Source: Laetmonice hystrix
Taxonomy: Eukaryota
Assembly (NCBI GenBank): GCA_965235115.1
Contig: OZ249436.1
Location: 55,616,001-55,676,000 of the forward strand
Direction of reading: 5' to 3'
Length of the DNA: 60,000 nucleotides
In this document: piece by piece, positions 13,201 through 25,000 of the stretch
How positions within the stretch are numbered: the stretch's first letter is position 1
How the letters are laid out: every line of letters begins with the position of its first letter
Position numbers and translations under genes: made by a program
Notes under the pieces: model-generated
Told to the model about the DNA's origin: nothing
Databases searched by the model: none
Seen by the model: the letters and a program-made list of their open reading frames with translations, nothing else

Positions 13201-16200
13201 TAAACGCGCTCATTTCTGCCTTCCCCTTCACATACACGCAACCAGATACCAGTCTTTAAGCTAATTACAAAAATCCCCCCACCCCAGATAAGCTACAGGA
13301 GAAATGACACTGCATTATGGGTTTGCCGGTTCGATTATTGTTTTTAAAGAGAAGCAACATGCAGGACATGCTGTGAATGAGCAGATAGTGACGGCTGACG
13401 GACCACCGAGGTGACATCAGTGTTAACTCTGTGACGTCTTATTTTTGGTGCCTTCGCTCTGATGGATGATGGGATGGCGTTTAAAGGGAACGTTCTGTTT
13501 ACTCGAGCGCTCTTTACACAATGGCAGTGACGTAAGCAAATCATCCCTCCCAAAGACTGCTCCGTTTTGGACGTTATAATTACACGCTGTGGAAGGAGCC
13601 ATGCGGTAAAGATATTCCCTTCGTTTTTAGTTTGGCGAATGTCGTATAAGCTGAGTAAATTCGCACTTTTAGTCTTACATCCAGTTACAAGATTGCGGCG
13701 AGTTTTATTACAGACCATGCCAAAGACAATGACTCACTGTCGTCTAAAATTATCCGGAAGGTTCTACTTTCCTCCTTACGTTTACAAATGACTATCTGCA
13801 AGATACACTGTTACAGAATATACTGTATAGACCTGTGTACATTTAATTTTATAGAGTCCCTATTTATATGCTTTATGTACGTACAGTCAGATATGTTGTC
13901 TGACAGGAGCTGTTCAGGCAGTGAGTCCATTGAGGAGGCGCATGCGCAGTGGGGTTGTCCCTGCCGCATATTACATTAGTCTTGTTCGCTGTCACCAGGC
14001 TGGATTATGCTCGTCAGTGCTGCCCGGCTGTCGTCAACTGATGATTACAATGGAGGGGGGAATTATTCACCTGAGAACTATCATGGGATCGTACTTTATC
14101 TTTAAGCCTGAAATGATCGGACAGCGATGGGAGAATCTGCCACTCCGTGAAGGTCGCGTTCCTAGGGAGTCTCAGCCGGTAGAGGTCGTTAGCGTGGAGG
14201 CGGTGGGTCGCGGGGGGTCCATACGTCATGCTACTTTTATAGCATTAAGGACGTCGTGTTATTATAGCAGGGTCAGCACACGAAGGGCTTGTCCTTAATC
14301 CATCATTGTTTTCGGGACAATCGACGGGTTTGACGTTGGTGTACTAACGGAGTGTTTCAAGAGCCAAGAAACTCCTTGATGCTATAACCTTGAGCGGCGC
14401 AGGAAAATAGGTCTACTACGAAAATATGGCGGAGCCTTTGTTGGACGGCTCAAGCGAAGATCAATGATTACAATAATTAAACAATATCCCCCGATCCGAT
14501 TAGAAAAAGAAAAGCTGGAGGAAATGGTGATTTTTTTTGCGGAAAGACCCTTCTGTAACGTCCCATATATAGGGCTATACATGCAACTACATTGAACCAT
14601 GCCCAATGAAAGACGCATATTTTTCATTGAGTATGAACGTATATCTTTGTAAACGAAATAAAAACATTTGTTCTCGTCCCCCCTTTTTTTAGTTTTTTTA
14701 TTTATTTTACATTGTATTATATCATCTATCTTGCATGACCACAAATGCGTTACAATCTTTTTTGTGTGTAGGATTTCCCACGAAAGAAGAGGACACTGCC
14801 GGGAAAGACAGGGCAGCTTTCACGACCTTAGTCAACACAAGTACTCACACTGTGGGATCAGAAATTCATTACACTGGTGGAAATCTACTCACAACATTGG
14901 ATGGAATTACCGACAAGACGGAAGATCCTACCATGCTCACATCAAAGCCAAGAGATAGGAGTAAAAATGTGCAAGCTATGACAGAGAAATCGACACCTTC
15001 ATCATCTTTATCATCATCATCATCTTCGTCGTCATCATCAATACCATCATCTTCATTAAAACCGTTATCTAAGACATCATCCAAATCACAAACTCTGTTC
15101 ACATCACCTGGATCTTCCGACCAATCATCTTTATTACCGTCATTATCCCGCACACGTCATACCCGCCTCGACGAGAGCGAGACTGCGGACCAGAACGAGG
15201 ACGCTGAAGATGACATACTTCCGGTTGAACAGCGTTTGATGAACCGTTTGCTGAGGAATTACGAGCGCTCAGTGAGACCCGTCAAAAACGCATCGGACAT
15301 TGTTCTAGTTCGTATGGGGTTGACCCTTACACAGATCTTTGATATGGTACGTATTACTTTGATTTCCTCACTATCGTTGATTAGAGTAATGTAGACTGCT
15401 CTTCTGCAACTGACAACTGACTAACACAACCCACAAATCAACAGTGAAGTGAATTACTTCTTGACTACCCTTTCTATCAAGAGGTGTTCCGAGCTAACCA
15501 AACATTGTGATAGATTTTGCATGTTGAGAGTTCTGCCGATTCCTCTTGCTAACGTTGATGTTTTAACGTGATTACTTATGGGTGGAACCATAAGTAACAT
15601 TATGTCCCGGCTATGCTCTGGTCATTGGGAGAGTTGAGGGCGGCAGTAGTGCCACGGGTGATCCGTCTATACGACATGGGTCAGAATCTGTATCAATCAG
15701 ATTAGCCACACCCCATTGCAACCCATTTACCATATTAGGTTTTATGGTCAACAGAAAAAGGGGCGGCGCCTCGTTGGGCGATAAATAAGTCCATGTTTGT
15801 GATCACTGCATGCAAAGAAGACATTGAGCACTTCCAGACGTTATCACATTTTCGGGCGTCTCTCCATATAATAGAACCCTCCGGGCTGACGGCATTTATG
15901 TAAACAACGTCGAAAGGTGGAATCTATAAAGTCAATAAGTCCTTGAGGATCAGGCATTGTATCTGGGATCTTTCAGGGTTAAATAGTGAGGCTACGAAAT
16001 CCTTTTGCATGATGAAAGCGAGGCAATTTCTGGTGTGAAAGCCAGGAAGTGGGAATTCTCGCGAAACGTTGACGCGGAGAGTCAAGGAGTCGCGCGGAGT
16101 GAAGGGGTATAGATCATGGGAGTGAAGGGGTATAGATCATGCAGGTGAGTCTCTCCATGGCAAAAGGCCGGTGATCACATTTGGAAAACGCAAACCACCT

Positions 16201-18888
16201 TCCCTATCTCTTTGCCACACGGAACCCAAAAGATGTGCTTTAAGATATTTTCATATCTACCTCTTCTTTCCCCAAACTGAGCTCGAAAGCGTGACTATTT
16301 TCCAGGACGATATAGTTATTACCCTTTTATTTCCCTGCATGATGCCTTCTAAAGAAAGGGCAAGAATAGTCTGATCCTTGTGACATAAAAAGATATTTGA
16401 ATTAGAAATATTCACGACAACATTTTGTACTACAGATATATTGGGAGCAGAGACGATCCTAGATAGTATACATGTATACTGTCATCCTGATCGTTTCCTA
16501 TAGGTGACCCTTTGTTTAATATTAATGAGACAAAGTTTGAAGGGTACCGTTTACTGTGCAGTGATGCCGACCTAATTACTGTCCAATTAGGAACACCTGC
16601 TGCATGAAGCACAATGGTTGCATAAAGATGGAAACTTGTTATGGAGTATCTGTTCATATGACAAATTAGGTCATAATTATTATTTCAGTTAAACAAAATA
16701 ACATTTTTCCATTCGCCAGTTTATGGTACCAAGCAGTCGAGAGGAATTTACGTGGCTGTCCAATTATAATGTGGTCTCCGTTATCCTGAAGCGAAAACAA
16801 GAGATAAGTGTACATTCATGAAATATGTATGGCACCTTATAGAGTTTGCCATCTTTCCTGAACATCAAGCGAACCACCTGCGCATGTATCCCCATGTATC
16901 CCCATAACGTCTTATTGACGGAGAACTTTTGTACCATTTGCATCTATTATTTAGCTAGTTTTATTCATTTGTATACGAGAATAATATAACATTTGTTAGA
17001 ATATTATCATTTATTTATGAATTATCAAGTGGAGAAAAGAAATCACCCATGGAGTGATATAATGTTTTTTCAACCCCTAATATTGCGAGAGGTAGCGGAC
17101 ACCTACTTCCTATCTCTCCTGATATAATGCCCAAAAATGTTTTTATGTTTCCGTCATGTACGCGGTTTTATCTCCCACTCGGGGCTAAATATTCGCAAGA
17201 GGGCGACTAACTGCGAATGAAGAAAAATTGTCGGAAGCTCATGGTATTATTGGAGGGGGTTGATCATGGCAGTTACATTCCAGGATCACTTTGCCCATAC
17301 CAAAGGCCTTGCTATAGTGCTACATCCAAAGTGAATTGCCGTGTAAGTATTGAACAGGTGTTTTTGAAGGTAGTCGCGTGTTTGATGTTGACCAGGGAAG
17401 ACCTACTCCTTTTAATTGGACAGAATGTGATCGTGATTGCCTTTCGACTCGCTTCTCGTACATCTCAAAGACGGCACTCGGAAAGTTGTAATTGGATCAC
17501 ACCTAGATGCGTGTTGTCCGAGAGAAAGAGAGAGAGAGCGAGAGAGAGAGACAGAGACAGAGACAGAGACAGAGACAGAGACAGAGGCAGAGACAGAGAG
17601 AGCTAGTCCAAGTACATCAACAGGACTGTAAACGTCCGGTTTGTTGTACGACGAACACTACCTGCAATGCTGTTCATTCAGTCTATCCAATATCCGCATC
17701 AAGTTGAACCCCTGTTCAGCATTTCGCAGCACTGACCCAGGTCAAGTTATCCAGTCGAACCTAATTTGCTCCAAAACGTGTCTGTAATCCTAGAACGCCA
17801 AATCTTTTACCAACGCAGTCTACCATTTAAAGCATTTGTGCCCAATTCCGCTCGGCTGGAATTTCCCTCGGCCGACCATGGATGAGAAAGGCAGCTCGGC
17901 TCCTCCACGTGAATGGAGTAATTTTGTGAGGGTGAATGATCGGGTCTATACTTGAGACCAGCTGGAGTTAGGAGCCTTTGCTTCAAGACTGATAAATGGT
18001 TCAAAGGTCAGACAACGAATTCGATTCCGGATACGATGTCCTAGACTCCAGTTCTGACTGTTCGGACAATACAGCCGAGAATAGAATACTTTCATTATAT
18101 CAAATTTGACCAGTACAGGATGGCGAGTTTCACTACCAATCAAAATGGGCTTATAATACGATGACAATGATGTGCAGCCGTCGAGTTACTTCCCAGACGA
18201 AAGCAAAGAACATTATGATTAAGTATGAGTGATGTGTATTATTGTTGCAACCTCTTAGGCTCGGTATGGTTGAGTGGTTATTTATGGCGGTATAAAATCG
18301 CCAATTCATCCTCTCACCATACCCCCCCCCCCCCCATATTCTTGACCACATGAGACAACGGTCCTATGGAGACTTAAATTTGACTGAACGCGTTCTGTGA
18401 GGGTCATATTTCCCAAGGACGTCAGAATATCGACATAATGAGCAATCGATTTCGCGGCAGATCCGTTCGGTATTCATGGGAGTTTTTATATGTAAAAGCT
18501 TAGTTCTGCGTTGTGCCTAAGCCTACGATATTGTGGTAGGATAGGCAAACCTGACATTGGGATCGCACTGCGCCTTAAAGCCGTATCTTCTTGCAGATTT
18601 GTTGAAATTTAACGTCGCTTTGAAGGATGCCTTATCGAAAGTGATAGAAAAAACTACACGTCTTATGGAATTTAAAATTTCCTGTGAATGAAAGCGGGAG
18701 ACCTCCTCAGGTTCCGTTTTTGGTAACCACATCATACTCCCTGACGGACCATGTATGTAAGTGTTAATATATCGTCGGATATACGGATAGGTCGGCCAGA
18801 CATGATCCTAGTAACGTACCCCGTTCTCCTAACCCCACCATTGACCCCGAGACTGAATCCATGACGTCTGGAAGCCGTTTCCATGAGA

Positions 18889-18980
<92 letters not shown>

Positions 18981-19031
18981 CAGAGACAGAGACAGAGAGA
19001 CAGACAGAGAGAGGGGGGAGAGACAGGGGGA

Positions 19032-19095
<64 letters not shown>

Positions 19096-22000
19096 TTGAT
19101 GCAGATAGACAGACAGACATATAGACAGAATAAGGCAGCTGTTCTGATGGAGAACATTGTTAGAAGGACCACAGCTAGGAAACAGGAAGTGAAACTTCTC
19201 AGAGTCTTTAAGCGTACAAAATAAACAAGAGGGCCTCTTCCTTTTTATCACACCAAACTGATAAATACAAAGTGAAGAAAGACTATACATTGTATACATG
19301 TCGGGTTTCACGTGTAATCTAATTTGCACGAAGACCGGAAGTCGGATGTTAATGATTGTCACAGAACCGAGATTCCTTATATATCGACATAAACATTCTT
19401 TTTATAACGAGACACTGCCAAGTGCAATTGTTAAATGGATGAGTTTTAATGTTACGAAGTTTCTACCATTATTACCTCATACACTAATGCACTCCAGTGA
19501 GCAAAGTTTGGTGATTTTACGCCGTGTCGGCAGCTAAGGCCTTCTTCGTGTTGGAAACATTGTGGAACCAGAAACAATGCATTCCATCTCATACACCAGT
19601 CTTAAAGTAAAGCTTTGTAAATATGCCGCCGGGGGCTTTTAAGCGACAAAAGTCGATGTATGCAGCAGAATCAGCTAAAAAACTGAGAATGCAGTTGGAC
19701 AGAAGACGTGACAGTGGCCGTGGCATTGAAAAAGATCGGTGGATGGCCTTGAAATCCCACACTCTGAGCGGCACTTTAGACTGTGAGAGGCGCGCAGCAC
19801 TGAACTGAGCGTGGGAATTCCCCTGTTAGTGTACACGATTATCGAAAATGGCCAAGCGGTTCGAAGGCAGAGCGTTAGATTACAACGGAGTCAGCTGAGC
19901 ATTCTCACATTACATTTGGTTAGTCTCACTTCAATTTATTCGAGTTTTACATGTAACATATAAGCTGAGTTATATGGCAGGGTGTCGATTTTACAGGTTT
20001 TAAAAATAGTGGACCTTTAATGTTGTTCGATACCGTAGCCATAACTTAACATGGAATCCCCTAACAATTTCTGTATATAGGTACTTTATTTCTCGATGGA
20101 AATGTTGGCATATGGCAAACCCGAGTGACATTGCTGTAATATTTCACCCTGTGTATAGGCTGGTTCATACATGGCGCTGATTGCCTATAGATGTCGGTCA
20201 ACCCTTTCATTGTGTTTCCTTGGGTAGGAAAGTATTAACCCCACACCCCGACACATGGCGTAATAGAGGCGGTCGTCGGGTGTTTGTTGTCCATGCCGTA
20301 GCGTCATCGATTTGCACAAGGGAAACCCAAGGGAAACGATAAGTTATGGCCATTTAACAAAAACCATCAATATATATTATAAGGTATTGATGATGGATTC
20401 CGAATCGGGCATCATGTTGTGTTCATTTATCCACGGAAAATATACAGCGTTGGAGCGATAGATGTGTTCATCAGATGATTTCATCTATACCAATCGATCC
20501 AGGTATGAAATCAGGCATACAACTCGAGATAAAATGAGATCAAAGGCTTTATGGCAAGCGAAAGTTTTTTTCTGGCTTTACAGTACTGTATAAATAATAA
20601 TAAATAAATAAATGAATAAATAAATAAATCATAAAGTTCCATTGATTTAACGTATTATAATTTCATACAGGAACGCATGGATGTTGCGCTGCATGGATGG
20701 TTTAGCTTATCACTAGATTCTTTATAATATCAACTTATAATATCAATATCAACAATATAGTATATTTTTCTCTCAAAATGACGATATTTTCGGATTGCGC
20801 AAAAAGTTAGGCTAGGTTAGCTTATAAGAGTCACTGACATATCCACAATAAAGGGTGGGGGCGAGGGCAAAAGTTCTCGGAGGCAGAATTCCGCGGCCTT
20901 GGACCATGATATTGTGAAAATAACCTTCTTTGTCATCATCAAGTCCTTTCAAATCTTTTTGTCATCCTCAGGTCCTTTTGTAAAATCTCCTAGATCCGAC
21001 TGAGGCAGCAGTAAAGCTTGTAACATAATATGAATTGTACTGACACAATCATACAGTTTGTAATAAAGATTAAACGTTGGATTTCTGTTGAAGTGAAATG
21101 TAGAAGGCCAGGTAGATATTATAAAGTGTCTACAATGATACTTTAGTGATGCAAGTGCAGCCATTGTACCACTAGCAACATCTTTTTACAGCGCGTCACC
21201 TATCATAGCTTCACCTGTCACAACGTAACGATAACGGATCCTGGCATTTCGAGATTTCTGCCGAATGCCAGCTGCCACAGCACACTTTCTGTTGTAGGTT
21301 TTACTGTGTTCCGAGTATTACGTTGATGTGTATGAACCTGTGAATTCACCCTCATATTAAATGAATAGGTAAGGGTACAGAATTTAAAAGGATCGTTTGC
21401 GCCTGGGGGGGGGGGGCCAAGGGGGAGGGGGTTGTGGGTGCGGGGGGGGGGTGTGTCTGATTTGTGTGAACCTTTCAAGCAGGAAAGAGGAAAAATTACT
21501 TCGTAACGGGGGGGAGGTTGCAACCCCAGTAACCCACCCACCCCCTTAAATCCGCCACTGCTGTCAACATGAGCTAAGTATTGTATTTGTCTTTCAGGAT
21601 GAGAAGAACCAGGTGCTGGTGACAAATGTTTGGCTAGATCAGGTAGGTGTCCAATTTTGATGACATTGTAGGCCTCCTTGCCGTGTGTTTGTGGTCTGAA
21701 GTAATTGAAATGTGTTTACAGGGTAGACTTTTAACTTTGCCAAAGGGTTGCACGGATGTGGTCTGACGTATCCCTCAAGACATGATGAGCTTAAAGTAAA
21801 TCAGTCCGAAAATTGAAATAAACGCAGTCAATTCAACAAAACTTGAGTGAAAACAATTATTTTAAGGGGTTTCTAGCAGTCGACAGTATTTTTAATTAAT
21901 TAATTAATTAAGCGTTTACCTATATGGCTAGAGACGAGAGCACGCGAATCAAATCATGCCCTTATTTGGATTATGGGGGGAGGGCGGGAGCAGGGGACCA

Positions 22001-25000
22001 ATCAGGGGGAGCAGTGCGAGGCAGCGCATGCGCGCTGTGCGATAGGGCCGCCATGACCGTTAGGGCGGCAGTTTTCTAGGTTATCAGTCTATTGAGATGA
22101 AAAATATGGGATGTATCGCCTCATTATGGCTCATAATCAACAACAGACCTAACACAACAATGTTATGATTACGACAGAATGTTTTATCAGACCAGTGGAT
22201 AGATTCAAGATCAGGTAAGCTTGAAATACGCGGATTCCTAGGAGATGGGGACACCGCTCCGACAAAACTCGGCGGCCCTAGGGTGATTGATTACCTTTAG
22301 GCTAATACGTCAAAGTGTGCCCACTTTCAGGGGCGGATCCAGGTTTGCGCCAACGGGGGGGGGGGGTTGTGGGGTGCCAAGGGGGGTTGTGGGTGGGGTG
22401 GGGGTGCCAAGGGGGGTTGTGGGTGGGGTGGGGGTGCCAAGGGAGTGGTTTTGAGTGCGGGGGGGGGGGGCTGTGCATCTTTTGTGTGAACCTTTTAAGC
22501 AGGACAAAAGAAAAATTACTTCGTAACGGGGGGGGGGGGGGGGGTTGCAACCCCAGTACTGTCATGACATCAGATCTAATGTGGCGTATGAAGCTCGTCA
22601 CTTCTAGACACGGTCCACACTGGGGAACAAATTAAGCACAAAAAGCAAGCTATGTCAGTAAGGTTACCACGCAATATTGGCCTGTAATATCAGAATCAGT
22701 ACACATCACCAATACGTTTTGCTGGCCTCTGAGTGACCTCTCGGAGCAGACATAGTAGCCAAAGGCAGCCCAGAGAAATGGTCCCTGTTGCGGTCAGTTG
22801 ATGACGCCTCTCACAGACTATAGGAATATAGATTTCCTCTTTCCGGCCCCTCCACAAGCCAAGCAGCCTGCTCATTGCCAACCCCCTCATCTAGGAAAAG
22901 ATACTGGCGAGGCGTCTACCCCGGGTTCGTCATGTGTGGCAATTTATATTCCTGAGAGTTGGCTTGGACAAGTCGTTATTCGATCCAACATCAAGTATCA
23001 ACAATGAGGAAGACGAGAGCGGCATTGTGCACCACCTTGTGCATGAACATTTCTTTCTTTGATGTGAATTTATGGACTTAAAGCCACCAGCAGGAATCAT
23101 AAAGGTTTGATGGCGTTGGAAGGAGGCCGTATTATAATTCGCGCTGGTGTCGGCAGGCCACGCCTTGACCAGATTCACCGTCTAAACCCACATGTACCCT
23201 ACATGTGCATCAGAAGGCTGTAACGGCAATAAATCCCAGCAGAGGCGGATTCATGGATTTTGGTGAAGGGGAAGGGGGGGGGGGGGTGTCGGGGGTAGAA
23301 TTTGCGAAGGCGAGTAAAGGAGAGGGGGTCAGCATGCATGATCAATATGGTCAATTCAGAAAATTCGGGGGGGGGGGGGCGGTTGCCATCGTTGGCCGTC
23401 GTAATAAAAAACAAATTTAAAGATAAATCGGCGTCATAGGCCAAAAAATATGAACATTTGTGTATAGCATAGTCATTGTACATGTATAAGCTTCAAAATA
23501 AAGCATTAAAACTGATAGGTCACCGTGCTAATTTTCGAGAAAATGACGGGTAAAGATTGATCAATTTAACATAGGATTCAATGGGGATATACCTTCTGGG
23601 ACGTTTTTACTTCCGCTGAACTATTCTGCTAATACCATTCTTCCAAATTTTACATATATTCGTCTTAGGACAATATTGATCATTATAAACGAGAGAAAAA
23701 GGTAGGGCACCGTTCTAATTTTTGATGTAGAGTGGAAAAGCTTCAATGCAAAAAACGGGTTTCATTGAGTTCAATGTTAAATTGACCAATATTAATCCAT
23801 CCTTTTCTCTTCAAAATAAGATAAAAACCTATTATTTTTTTGTGGTTTATTTGAAAGCTTATACTATGACTATGCTATACGCAAAAAATAGAACTTTCGT
23901 ATTACTTTCATTTTTTTGAATATCACGCCAGTTTAATCCAATAAGAAAAAATTAGTACCGTTCCCTGCCACCAGATGTAGTGACCGTCCCACGCCGGTTT
24001 ATCTTTAAGTAAGAAAACGTGTTTGCAGGTGTACAAGTATCAGTGAAATTATATATTCTTTAATTATGTCTTTAAATAATGAAACCACTCGATGGCGTTT
24101 TCCTATGTGGTGACAGGATACCTTCGAATATACATCCTCACATTTACCAATATCCAACCATTTACTAAACTGGTCGGGTGGACCAGTTTATCAGGTGTTA
24201 GTAGACTGTACTACCTCATTACCAACATAATGTTCGAACCTAGCATGATACGATGACATTGTTTCATGAGGCCTACATATATATATATGTGCGGGTAATA
24301 TGAACATGCGGTATCATCCTATGCTTATATTATACCTCGTCTTGTGTGGACACATAGGCCTTTTATCCACAGTATATTACCAGCGCCAAATTCTTCCCCC
24401 GACATTAATTGCGCCACTAACAATAGTCTTTGTCTTCTCTGCTTTCTGCTCATGATATTTCAGTATTATATTTCCCGAGGCCATCGCTCGTGAACGATCT
24501 CGTTGATAGAACGTGACCGGCTCTCTTTTCGGTTACCTAAATTTGTGGTTTTGGAAACGCGATGTGATATCAATTAGAACGGGAAACGTCAAGGACAACA
24601 GTTCTTAGATCGTCATCTATGAAGTAGCCGTTCCTCCTCTTAAAGGAAATATGTCACCGGGGTTATCGACCGAAATCTTCAGTTTTCTGCACCTACTCAC
24701 CACTGACGTACTTTATGGCACTGATTGTTTTTCATATTGATTCTGTTAACACATACTACGAGTAGACAGCTGTGAAATTCTCCCTAATGTAGAAAAATGA
24801 ATAAAACTAGCTGCAGTGTGCGCAAAGTGCGATGAATCCGCCATTTTAGCCCCCTTTGGCTGCCGCGAATCGTTTGAACGGGTCCCATGATCACGTGACT
24901 CACGCTGTGATTGCTCGATGTAAACAGTAATGGCCCATCCGCCGGCCGTGTGAAAAGGGTGCAAAACACAGCCGGCTGCAAATCCCGGGATCTCGGAATC

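Noticed and set aside
13975..14020. Hammerhead ribozyme core on the minus strand (CTGACGA...GAAC)
   Set aside because: Lacks GAAA and convincing stems I-III; other CTGANGA hits also lacked the fold.
14869..15153. Asp-rich minus-strand ORF
   Set aside because: Antisense shadow of the Ser (TCA) codons in exon 2.
18732..19362. ER- and SL-repeat ORFs
   Set aside because: Translations of the (GA)n microsatellite.
22191..22214. Possible alternative or mutually exclusive exon 3 (ttttatcag|...GATCAG|gtaagc)
   Set aside because: 24 nt with an in-frame TAG, no similarity to DEKNQ, and located inside a Kolobok-type element; no duplicated exon 3 or 4 was found.
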